Assembly: GCA_963653425.1 (NCBI GenBank)
Contig: CAVJWC010000004.1
Location: forward strand, 21,244-85,243
Direction of reading: 5' to 3'
Source: Eubacterium sp.
GTDB taxonomy: Bacteria > Bacillota > Clostridia > Christensenellales > CAG-314
DNA length: 64,000 bases
A program made the translations under genes and the position numbers. Below the pieces are notes generated by a model. It did no database searches. It saw only the letters and a list, made by a program, of their open reading frames with translations, and had not been told where the DNA came from. Shown here one piece after another: positions 9,060-17,063 of the stretch (within the stretch, counting starts at the first letter, position 1; each line of letters begins with the position of its first letter).

Positions 9060-9974
9060 ATGAATATAGTCTATTTGAAGTATGCGATTACGATAGCCAA
9101 GGCAGGCTCGCTCAATAAAGCCGCCGAGGAACTCTTTATCGCTCAGCCCAATCTTTCGAGAGCCGTAAAGGAACTTGAAAGAGAACTCGGCATAACTATT
9201 TTCGACAGAAACTCCAAAGGAATAACTTTGACCGACGACGGAGAAAAACTGGTAAACGAAGGCAAAAAGATTATTTCCGCGATAGAGGAAGTCGAAGAAG
9301 AATTCCGTGAAAAGAGGGGCAAAAAGACTATATTTTCCATTTCCGTACCGCGTTCCGATTATATAGCGGGAGCGTTTGCGTCGTTTGCGTCCGTTCTTAA
9401 ATGCAACGACCGTTTCGACGCGGTTTTCAGAGAAACGGGTACCATTCAGGCTATATCGAATATTACCGAGAAGTCTTACAAGCTCGGTATAATACGCTAT
9501 CCGTCGGACAAGGACAAGTATTACAAGGAAATCTTAGGCAGTAAGAATCTTTCCTGCGAACTCGTGGCGGAATTCCGTCAGGTACTTATTATGAGAAAGG
9601 ATTCGCCCCTTGCCGAACTCGACGAAATCACCTATTCCGACCTCGAAAATTACGTGGAAGTAATTTATCCCGACTCTTTTATTCCGCTTACGGGGGACAA
9701 GAAAGAAGCTTCCTTTTCGGCGCGGAGAATTCCCGTGTACGACAGAGCGAGTATGACCGATATTCTTACCGCCAATTACGAAGCTTACGCGTGGGCGGCT
9801 CCCATAAGCGCGGATTCGCTTGAAAAACACGGTTTCGTTCAGAGGAATTGCGCAGGCAACGACGAAATTTATAAGGACGTTCTGATTTTTCATAAGAACT
9901 ATAAGTTCTCGCACTTCGATAAGGACTTTCTTACCGAATTATGCGCCTATAAACGAAAGATTATAGATACTTAA
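9060..9974 (+). CDS. LysR-family transcriptional regulator
   Basis: N-terminal HTH YLKYAITIAKAGSLNKAAEELFIAQPNLSRAVKELERELGITIFDR, ~300 aa length, GGAGGA RBS. Confidence 0.85.
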   Translation: MNIVYLKYAITIAKAGSLNKAAEELFIAQPNLSRAVKELERELGITIFDRNSKGITLTDDGEKLVNEGKKIISAIEEVEEEFREKRGKKTIFSISVPRSDYIAGAFASFASVLKCNDRFDAVFRETGTIQAISNITEKSYKLGIIRYPSDKDKYYKEILGSKNLSCELVAEFRQVLIMRKDSPLAELDEITYSDLENYVEVIYPDSFIPLTGDKKEASFSARRIPVYDRASMTDILTANYEAYAWAAPISADSLEKHGFVQRNCAGNDEIYKDVLIFHKNYKFSHFDKDFLTELCAYKRKIIDT

Positions 9975-10003
9975 CAAGCGTTCGTAGCGCTTGGTATAAA
10001 ACG

Positions 10004-10025
10004 GCTATATCGTTTTTGATATAGC
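10004..10025. promoter_or_regulatory. Inverted repeat GCTATATC-N6-GATATAGC just upstream of the rex promoter
   Basis: 8-bp perfect arms. It lies 18 bp upstream of the putative -35. Confidence 0.35.
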
Positions 10026-10042
10026 TATATAGAAAAAGGGTA

Positions 10043-10072
10043 TTTACGTTTTTTCGCTCTTAATGATATAAT
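10043..10072 (+). promoter_or_regulatory. Putative promoter of the rex-hydS-hydA cluster
   Basis: TTTACG, 18-bp spacer, TGaTATAAT (extended -10). Confidence 0.45.
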
Positions 10073-10098
10073 ATTATCAATAAAAACGGAGCGATACT

Positions 10099-10713
10099 AT
10101 GAACGGCAGAAATATACCAAAATCAGTAACTGCAAGACTTCCTATCTATCTCCATTTCCTTAAAAGCCTTAAAGCAGACGAAAACAGAACCATCTCTTCG
10201 TCTACCATAGCAAGAGCCTTAGGTCTCGGAGAAGTTCAGGTAAGAAAAGACCTTGCTTTAGTCAGCGGAACGGGAAGACCTAAAATCGGTTATTATCTCA
10301 GTGAGCTTATTCCCAGTCTCGAAGAAACTTTGGGTAGCGGAACGCCTACCAACGCGGTTATCGCGGGCGCGGGCAAGCTCGGAAACGCGCTTTTGTCTTA
10401 CGACGGATTTGCCGAATACGGACTTAACGTTATAGCCGCTTTCGATAAGGAAGGAGGAGTTTCTTCCGACGGCAGGGTAATTTATCCTATCTGCGATATG
10501 AAGGATTATTGCATAAAGAACAACGTAAAAATAGGTATTATTACCGTTCCCGAACAAGAAGCGCAGGACGTCTGCGATATTTTCGTGGAGAGCGGAGCAA
10601 ACGCAATCTGGAACTTTGCGCCCATAAGGCTGGAAGTTCCCGACACGGTAAGAGTCAAGAACGAAAATATGGCTGCTTCTTTGGCTGTGTTATCGGCAGG
10701 ACTCTCGGTTTAA
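10099..10713 (+). CDS. rex: Redox-sensing transcriptional repressor Rex
   Basis: IPKSVTARLPIYLHFLKSL..., winged-helix ISSSTIARALGLGEVQVRKDLA, and Rossmann motif GAGKLGNALL...GIITVPEQEAQDVCD...GANAIWNFAP. Confidence 0.9.
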   Translation: MNGRNIPKSVTARLPIYLHFLKSLKADENRTISSSTIARALGLGEVQVRKDLALVSGTGRPKIGYYLSELIPSLEETLGSGTPTNAVIAGAGKLGNALLSYDGFAEYGLNVIAAFDKEGGVSSDGRVIYPICDMKDYCIKNNVKIGIITVPEQEAQDVCDIFVESGANAIWNFAPIRLEVPDTVRVKNENMAASLAVLSAGLSV

Positions 10714-10761
10714 CGGCGGAAAGGTCTCGGATTGCTGAAAATCAACGGAGGTTGAACCCGA

Positions 10762-11496
10762 ATGAATCTGGACAGAATAATTGCCGTCAGAAACGACAGG
10801 ACTGTCTATAAAGACGGCAATGACTGCATAAAAGTTTTCTGCGACTGTTACCCGAAAGAAGAGGTGCTGAGCGAGGCTTTTTGCAGAGCTTTGGCGGAAA
10901 AATTCGGACTCCCCGTACCGAAACTCAAAGCCGTTACGACCGTCGAAGGCAAATGGGCAATCATTTCGGAATACGTCAGAGGACGTTCGATGAGTAAGCT
11001 TATGGCGGAAACACCGCAAAAAAGCCGTGAATATATAGAGAAGCTTATAAAGCTTCAGAAAGATATTCTCGCTTGCGACGGAACTCGGCTGCCTCGCCTT
11101 GCCGACAGACTTAAAGAAAAGATTTCTTCGGCGGAACTCGATTCCGCAAAGAAGAGCGAGCTTATAGCTAAACTTTCGTGTAAGCCCTACGAAACTCATT
11201 TATGTCACGGCGATATGTGTCCGTCCAACGTAATTATAGCGGAGGACGGCAAACTTTACGTTATAGATTGGGATAACGCGACGTCGGGAAGCGTATACGC
11301 GGACGCGGCGACGGCTTATCTGTATTTCGTTTTACAGGATCAGCCCGAAAACGCCGAAGAATATCTCAGGCTTTTTGCCGGAGATAAGAGCGCGGAGGTA
11401 CTCGATTGGGTGCCGATTATCGCGGCGGCGACGCTTAATTCAAGTCATTCATTGAAAAAAGAGAGGTTGCTCTCGGTTATAAACGCAGCCATATAA
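10762..11496 (+). CDS. APH/choline-kinase-fold phosphotransferase (kinase-like protein)
   Basis: Catalytic loop HGDMCPSNVII and metal-binding LYVIDWDNA (Brenner-type HxDxxxxN...D motifs). Confidence 0.7.
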   Translation: MNLDRIIAVRNDRTVYKDGNDCIKVFCDCYPKEEVLSEAFCRALAEKFGLPVPKLKAVTTVEGKWAIISEYVRGRSMSKLMAETPQKSREYIEKLIKLQKDILACDGTRLPRLADRLKEKISSAELDSAKKSELIAKLSCKPYETHLCHGDMCPSNVIIAEDGKLYVIDWDNATSGSVYADAATAYLYFVLQDQPENAEEYLRLFAGDKSAEVLDWVPIIAAATLNSSHSLKKERLLSVINAAI

Positions 11497-11515
11497 ATAA
11501 AGGAGTAAATAAAAA

Positions 11516-11761
11516 ATGTTGAAAGTCACTGTATGTATCGGAAGTTCCTGCCACATCAAAGGTTCTCGTCAGGTTGTCGAAGAACTCCAGAACATGATTG
11601 CCGCAAACGGACTTAAAGATAAGGTCGAACTCGGCGGAACGTTCTGTATGGGCAAATGTCAGATGGGCGTCTGCGTAACGATAGGCGACGAATTCTTTTC
11701 GGTAAGTCCCGAAACCGTCAAAGAATTTTTTGAGAAGGAAGTCCTTCCGAGGGTTAAATAA
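11516..11761 (+). CDS. Thioredoxin-like [2Fe-2S] ferredoxin-domain protein (81 aa)
   Basis: Four Cys in the pattern VCIGSSCH...FCMGKC. It is a tandem paralogue of the next ORF. Confidence 0.7.
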   Translation: MLKVTVCIGSSCHIKGSRQVVEELQNMIAANGLKDKVELGGTFCMGKCQMGVCVTIGDEFFSVSPETVKEFFEKEVLPRVK

Positions 11762-12024
11762 TGGTTACGGTTCAGGTATGCGTTGGCAGCTCTTGCCATC
11801 TTAAAGGGTCGGAAGAAATAGTCAATTTACTTGAACAGTACGTTCAGAATAATAAACTCGAAGACAAAATAGCTCTCGTGGGCTGTTTTTGCGCGGGAAA
11901 GTGTAACAGAATAGGCGTTACGGTCATAGTCAACGACAACGTTTACGCGGGCATTACGCCGGAAAACTTCGGTGAATTCTGGACGGATAAGATTATGAGC
12001 GAAGTGACTCGCATGGGAGAATAA
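11761..12024 (+). CDS. Thioredoxin-like [2Fe-2S] ferredoxin-domain protein (87 aa)
   Basis: VCVGSSCH...FCAGKC. Its start overlaps the previous stop (TAATG). Confidence 0.7.
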   Translation: MVTVQVCVGSSCHLKGSEEIVNLLEQYVQNNKLEDKIALVGCFCAGKCNRIGVTVIVNDNVYAGITPENFGEFWTDKIMSEVTRMGE

Positions 12025-12027
12025 GCA

Positions 12028-13701
12028 ATGGCAAGTTGTTTGACTTTGAAAAAATCAAATTGTAAAAACTGTTATAAGTGCATAAGGCATTGCCCGGTCA
12101 AATCCATAAGATTTACCGCAAATCAGGCGCACATAATAAGCGACGAATGCGTACTCTGCGGACATTGTTTCGTCGTCTGTCCCCAAAACGCAAAGGAAAT
12201 TGCGAGCGAAACCGAAAAGGTTAAGGTTCTTTTGCAGTCGGGCGATCCCGTCGTCGTAAGTCTTGCGCCGTCGTTTATCGCAAATTACGACGGAATAGGC
12301 ATTAACGGAATGAGAGCCGCGCTTAAAAAGCTCGGTTTTTACGACGTCGAAGAAACGGCTATCGGCGCGACTATCGTTAAGACCGAGTACGAGAAGATAC
12401 TTGCCGAACATCAGAAAGATATAGTTATCTCTTCCTGCTGTCATTCGGTAAACCTTCTGATTCAGAAGTATTTCCCGAACGAACTCCCCTATCTTGCAGA
12501 AGTTCTGTCCCCCATGCAGGCTCACGCTCAGGATATAAAGAGAAGGATTCCCAACGCTAAGGTCGTATTTATAGGTCCGTGCGTAGCCAAAAAGGACGAA
12601 GCTCAGGCTTACCCCGGATACGCCGACGCCGTTCTTACTTACGAAGACCTTGCGGTGTGGATGAAAGAAGCCAAAGTAACTCTCGTTCCGGACGTTGACG
12701 ATACCGAAGAGAGCCTTGCGAGATTTTTCCCGACTACGGGAGGCGTTCTCAAAACGATGGCAAAGGACAAGGAATATACCTATATGGCGATAGAAGGTAT
12801 GGACAACTGTATCGCCGCTCTTAAAGACGTCGAAAGCAAGAGAGTACACAGATGTTTCATAGAAATGTCGGCTTGTATCGGCAGTTGCGTGGGCGGTCCC
12901 GTTATGGAAAAATTCCACAGGAGTCCCGTACGCGATTACGCGGCTGTCGCAAGATATGCGGGCGATAAAGACTTCGTAGTCGATCAGCCTTCTTCCGAAG
13001 AGGTTAAAAAGCCCTTCGCGGCTATCGACACGAGAGCCGATTATCCTACCGAAGCGGAAATAACCGAAATCCTCAGAAAGATGGGTAAAACCAAACACGA
13101 GGACGAACTCAACTGCGGTTCCTGCGGATATAACACCTGCCGTGAAAAAGCCGTCGCTATCTATCAGGGAAAGGCGGAAATCTCCATGTGTCTGCCCTAC
13201 CTCAAAGAAAAAGCAGAGAGTTTCTCCGACTGCATAGTCAACAATACCCCCAACGGACTTATCGTTCTCAACGAAAATCTCGAAGTTCAGCAGATAAACG
13301 CGGCTGCGAGAAAGATAATGAATATCCGTTCGGCTTCGGACGTATTGGGCGACGGAGTAGTCAGAATTCTCGACACGGAAATCTTCACGAGAGTGCTTAA
13401 TTCAAAGCGTAGCGTAAGAAACGAAAGAACTTATCTTGCAGAATACAAAAAGTACGTTGAACAGACGGTCGTTTACGACTCGACTTATCATCTTCTCGTT
13501 TGTATTATGCGTGATATAACCGACGAGGAAAACGAAAGAGAAAAGAAAGAAAGTATTTCGCATCAGACCGTGGAAGTTGCCGATAAGGTCGTTGAAAAGC
13601 AAATGCGTATCGTTCAGGAGATAGCTTCGCTTCTCGGCGAAACGGCAGCCGAAACCAAGATAGCTTTAACCAAGCTGAAGGAGTCTATTGCCGATGAATG
13701 A
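12028..13701 (+). CDS. hydS: Sensory-type [FeFe]-hydrogenase-like protein with a C-terminal PAS domain (HydS, group C-like)
   Basis: N-terminal 2x CxxCxxCxxxCP ferredoxin motifs. H-cluster-domain motifs are altered from the catalytic consensus (ISSCCHS, IGPCVAKKDEA, IEMSACIGSCVGGP). An extra CGSCGYNTC motif is followed by a PAS-like region (NTPNGLIVLNENLEVQQINAAARKIM...). Confidence 0.8.
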   Translation: MASCLTLKKSNCKNCYKCIRHCPVKSIRFTANQAHIISDECVLCGHCFVVCPQNAKEIASETEKVKVLLQSGDPVVVSLAPSFIANYDGIGINGMRAALKKLGFYDVEETAIGATIVKTEYEKILAEHQKDIVISSCCHSVNLLIQKYFPNELPYLAEVLSPMQAHAQDIKRRIPNAKVVFIGPCVAKKDEAQAYPGYADAVLTYEDLAVWMKEAKVTLVPDVDDTEESLARFFPTTGGVLKTMAKDKEYTYMAIEGMDNCIAALKDVESKRVHRCFIEMSACIGSCVGGPVMEKFHRSPVRDYAAVARYAGDKDFVVDQPSSEEVKKPFAAIDTRADYPTEAEITEILRKMGKTKHEDELNCGSCGYNTCREKAVAIYQGKAEISMCLPYLKEKAESFSDCIVNNTPNGLIVLNENLEVQQINAAARKIMNIRSASDVLGDGVVRILDTEIFTRVLNSKRSVRNERTYLAEYKKYVEQTVVYDSTYHLLVCIMRDITDEENEREKKESISHQTVEVADKVVEKQMRIVQEIASLLGETAAETKIALTKLKESIADE

Positions 13702-14866
13702 TTTGTGCGTCGATATTGGTTATAAAAGTATAAATCACTACGGCGAACAGCTTTGCGGAGATCACGTTGACGTAGTCGAGCAGGGCGAGAATTCTTCCGT
13801 CATCGTTCTTGCGGACGGACTGGGAAGCGGAGTAAAAGCCAGTATTCTTTCCACGCTTACTTCCAAGATAATTTCCACCATGATGGCTGCGGGATTATCC
13901 ATAGAGGATTGCGTGGAAACCATTGCGGCGACTCTGCCCGTGTGTTCCGTAAGGGGCGTGGCTTATTCGACGTTTACCATTATCCATATCGTAAACAACG
14001 AAACGGCGGAAATTATCGAATTCGATAATCCGCAGGTCATAGCTCTTCGCGACGGCGAGAATTACGAAGCCCGCAGAACCGAAATGAACATCGGAGGAAA
14101 GAAAGTCTATAAAACCTCCGTTCATCTTCGCGACGGAGACGTGTTTATCGCAATGAGCGACGGCTGTCCGCACGCAGGTCTCGGAATTCAATACAATTTC
14201 GGTTGGAAACGAGACGACATTATAAGCTATATGGCTCCGCTTGTGTTTGCGGGTTATTCCGCGAAAACGCTTTCCACCATTCTCGTCGACGAGTGCAACA
14301 AGCTTTACGGCGAAAAACCGGGCGACGACGCCACGGCGTGCGTAGTAAAGGTAAGAAAGCGCGAGCCGATGAACATTCTTTTCGGACCTCCTGCCAACCG
14401 CGACGACGAAAACAGAATGATGTCCCTGTTCTTCTCGAAAGAGGGCAAGCACATTATCTGTGGCGGAACTACTTCGACCGTAGCCGCGCGTTATCTCGGT
14501 AAGCCCGTCAGGGCAAGCCTGAAATTTGCCCGCAGCGACGTTCCGCCCATAGCGGAAATAGAAGGCGTAGACCTCGTAACGGAAGGAGTTATAACGGTAA
14601 ATAAGGTTGTCGAATACGCAAACGACGCCTTGGGCGAAAACAAGCTTTACGAAAAATGGAGTTACGGTCAGGACGGAGCTTCTCTCATTTGCAGAATGCT
14701 TTTCGAAGAAGCGACGGACATTAACTTCTACGTCGGAAGAGCGGTTAATCCGGCTCATCAGAACCCTGATTTGCCCATTAACTTCAACATCAAAATGAAT
14801 TTGGTCGAAGAATTATCCAGATGTCTCAGACAGATGGGAAAGAGAATAAAAGTCAGTTATTTTTAA
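13694..14866 (+). CDS. PP2C/SpoIIE-family serine phosphatase
   Basis: GDHVDVVEQGENSSVIVLADGLGSGVKASILS... and ...IAMSDGCPHAG. The start is ATG 13694 (GAAGGAG at 13677-13683); the alternative is TTG 13688. It overlaps the hydS stop. Confidence 0.8.
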   Translation: MNDLCVDIGYKSINHYGEQLCGDHVDVVEQGENSSVIVLADGLGSGVKASILSTLTSKIISTMMAAGLSIEDCVETIAATLPVCSVRGVAYSTFTIIHIVNNETAEIIEFDNPQVIALRDGENYEARRTEMNIGGKKVYKTSVHLRDGDVFIAMSDGCPHAGLGIQYNFGWKRDDIISYMAPLVFAGYSAKTLSTILVDECNKLYGEKPGDDATACVVKVRKREPMNILFGPPANRDDENRMMSLFFSKEGKHIICGGTTSTVAARYLGKPVRASLKFARSDVPPIAEIEGVDLVTEGVITVNKVVEYANDALGENKLYEKWSYGQDGASLICRMLFEEATDINFYVGRAVNPAHQNPDLPINFNIKMNLVEELSRCLRQMGKRIKVSYF

Positions 14867-14875
14867 GGGATTATT

Positions 14876-16303
14876 ATGAGAATATTTGATACGAAAGTAC
14901 AGGAACTCAAATACAGAGTTCTGCGTGAAGTTGCCCGCGCGGCATGGGAAGACAAGCTTCCCGAAGCTGCGTTCGATATACCAAAGAAGATCGTTCCGGG
15001 AAAGATTCCCACGATGCGTTGTTGCGTATATAAAGAACGCGCCATTCTTGCCGAAAGAGTAAAGATTGCTATGGGTGCAAGCACCGACAACCCCAACGTT
15101 ATCGAAGTTATCGATATTGCCTGCGACGAATGTCCGATGGGCGGTTACGAAGTTACCAACGCTTGTCGCGGATGTCTTGCTCACCGTTGCGAAGACGCCT
15201 GCAAATTCGGCGCCATTACCACCGATAAGAACCACGTTGCTCACATAGACAAGAGTAAGTGTAAAGAATGCGGTTCGTGCGCTAAGGTTTGCCCCTACAG
15301 CGCAATACACAACTACAAACGTCCCTGCGAAACGGCTTGTAAAGTCAAAGCCATTTCTATGGGCGAAGAAAAACAGGCTTGCATAGACAACGATAAATGT
15401 ATAGCTTGCGGAGCGTGCGTATATCAGTGTCCGTTCGGCGCGATTACCGATAAGTCTTTCATTCTTGACGCCGTAAACCTGATTAAAAACAGCGAAAACA
15501 ACACGAAATACAAGGTCTACGCGGTAGTGGCTCCTTCCATTTCCAGTCAGTTTACTTACGCTAAACTCGGTCAGGTCATCACCGGTCTTAAAGAACTGGG
15601 CTTCCACACCGTTATCGAAGCCGCTCTGGGAGCAGATATGGTAGCTATGTCCGAATCCAAAGAACTTGCGGAAAAAGGCTTCCTCACCAGTTCCTGCTGT
15701 CCTGCGTTCGTGGCGTTTATAGAAAAGCACTATCCCGACCTGAAACCTCTCGTTTCTCATAATCCTTCGCCTATGACGGCTATAGCTCAGTACATCAAGG
15801 AACACGAAACCGATTCCAGGATTGTATTTATAGGTCCGTGTACCGCCAAGAAGCTCGAAGCTCAGAGAGAATCGGTTAAACCTTGGGTAGACGCCGTTCT
15901 TACGTTCGAAGAACTTCAGGCTCTTATCGACAGCAAAGATATAGACCTTACGACTCTTCCCGAAGGCGTACTCGACAACGCTTCCTACTACGGCAGAATT
16001 TTCGCCCGTGTCGGCGGTCTTTCCGACGCAGTCGTCGAGGCTCTTAAGGAACAGAATATGGAAGACTTCAAAGTTAAATCGGAAGTCTGCGACGGTATCG
16101 AAGCCTGCAAGATCGCTCTGCTTAAAAAGAGCAAGAACCTTCTTCAGTCCAACTTCATCGAAGGTATGGCTTGCGTTGGCGGTTGCATCAACGGCGCAGG
16201 TTGCCTGACTCACGGCGAAAAGAATAAAGCCGAAGTAGATAAGTACGGCAGAGAAGCCTTTGAAAAGACTATAACCGACGCCGTTTCCATTCTCGGCAAA
16301 TAA
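14876..16303 (+). CDS. hydA: Monomeric [FeFe] hydrogenase (group B-like, ~475 aa)
   Basis: Several 4Fe-4S Cys clusters, plus canonical H-cluster motifs TSSCCPAF, IGPCTAKKLEA and EGMACVGGCINGAG. Confidence 0.85.
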   Translation: MRIFDTKVQELKYRVLREVARAAWEDKLPEAAFDIPKKIVPGKIPTMRCCVYKERAILAERVKIAMGASTDNPNVIEVIDIACDECPMGGYEVTNACRGCLAHRCEDACKFGAITTDKNHVAHIDKSKCKECGSCAKVCPYSAIHNYKRPCETACKVKAISMGEEKQACIDNDKCIACGACVYQCPFGAITDKSFILDAVNLIKNSENNTKYKVYAVVAPSISSQFTYAKLGQVITGLKELGFHTVIEAALGADMVAMSESKELAEKGFLTSSCCPAFVAFIEKHYPDLKPLVSHNPSPMTAIAQYIKEHETDSRIVFIGPCTAKKLEAQRESVKPWVDAVLTFEELQALIDSKDIDLTTLPEGVLDNASYYGRIFARVGGLSDAVVEALKEQNMEDFKVKSEVCDGIEACKIALLKKSKNLLQSNFIEGMACVGGCINGAGCLTHGEKNKAEVDKYGREAFEKTITDAVSILGK

Positions 16304-16327
16304 AATTTTACTGCAATTATACTACAG

Positions 16328-16358
16328 CCCGCATTCAAAAAAGAGTGCGGGTTTTTTT
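16328..16358 (+). terminator. Intrinsic terminator after hydA
   Basis: cccgca...tgcggg hairpin followed by TTTTTTT. Confidence 0.8.
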
Positions 16359-16361
16359 ATT

Positions 16362-16584
16362 GCCTTCCATTCTTCATAACCGATTATTTTTACGGGAACA
16401 AATCGGTTCAGACTGTGTTAAACTCTCTCATACATACCCAAGTACGCCCTCAGCCCAAAGCCTTGTCTGAGCCAAGCCCGCAAGGGGCGTGTTTCTATCT
16501 TAAAAACGCTACGCGCCGTAAAGGAAGCTTTTTTTAAGAACAAAAAAATCCGTTTACGTTCATCGGTGATAAAGAATGTAATGC
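16362..16584 (+). mobile_element. Complete ~223-bp MITE-like element with imperfect terminal inverted repeats
   Basis: Left end GCCTTCCATTCTTCATAACCGAT versus the reverse complement of the right end GCATTACATTCTTTATCACCGAT (19/23). It has no coding capacity, and it contains an internal terminator-like hairpin followed by a T-run. It starts 3 nt after the hydA terminator T-tract. Confidence 0.55.
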
Positions 16585-16617
16585 TAAGCTTTCTATTCAA
16601 CACAAAACCTCATTCAA

Positions 16618-16652
16618 GGCTCTTTCCGTTTTTCGGAAGGACCTTCTTATTT
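16618..16652 (+). terminator. Relic copy of the groEL terminator (part of the segmental duplication)
   Basis: aaaacctcattcaaggctctttccgtttttcggaagga(c)c matches 728-767 with a slightly damaged stem. No gene precedes it. Confidence 0.5.
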
Positions 16653-16823
16653 TTATAAAAACATTAGCGATAACGAACGGAGTAACGGACTCAGATAACT
16701 TGTTTCCGTTTGCGGAAGGAGTAAATTCGCGAGTGGGGGAGCGGGAAAAAACAAATATACAAAATTTCTACAAAAACGGGTGTTTTTTAATGGTTTTCGG
16801 ATGGATTGGGCGTAAGAATGATG

Positions 16824-16838
16824 TTGGCAATATGCCAA
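16824..16838. promoter_or_regulatory. Palindrome TTGGCAATATGCCAA (copy 2)
   Basis: Identical to 1116-1130. Confidence 0.4.
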
Positions 16839-16878
16839 GATAAAAGCCTGTTATTAAGGGATTTTGTTCTATTACTGA

Positions 16879-16893
16879 TTGGCATTTTGCCAC
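16879..16893. promoter_or_regulatory. Dyad TTGGCATTTTGCCAC (copy 2)
   Basis: Identical to 1171-1185, with the same 55-bp centre-to-centre spacing. Confidence 0.4.
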
Positions 16894-16951
16894 TATATTG
16901 AGATGTTATTTTTGTATTGTAATTTCGCTTTAACTAAATTACAAAAAAATC

Positions 16952-16980
16952 TTGACACCATTCAAAATCGGTGCTATTAT
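16952..16980 (+). promoter_or_regulatory. Sigma-70-type promoter of protease-LRR paralogue 2
   Basis: TTGACA, 17-bp spacer, TATTAT, as at 1245-1273. Confidence 0.6.
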
Positions 16981-17063
16981 GTATTTGTATAATGGGTGTT
17001 TGTTTCGTTCTCTCCGTGCAATTATCCGTTTACAACACCAACCCACTGAGGAGGAAAAACAAG

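Noticed and set aside
12055-16213. Minus-strand ORFs 12055..13098, 13895..14758 and 14813..16213, opposite hydS, the phosphatase gene and hydA
   Set aside because: They lie antisense to genes with clear family motifs, and their translated products have no recognisable domains. They are typical frame -1 shadows.
16418-16603. 61-aa ORF inside the MITE-like element as a possible small gene or toxin
   Set aside because: It has no RBS. The ORF is not preserved in the other copies of the element, and it runs antisense through the repeat's hairpins.
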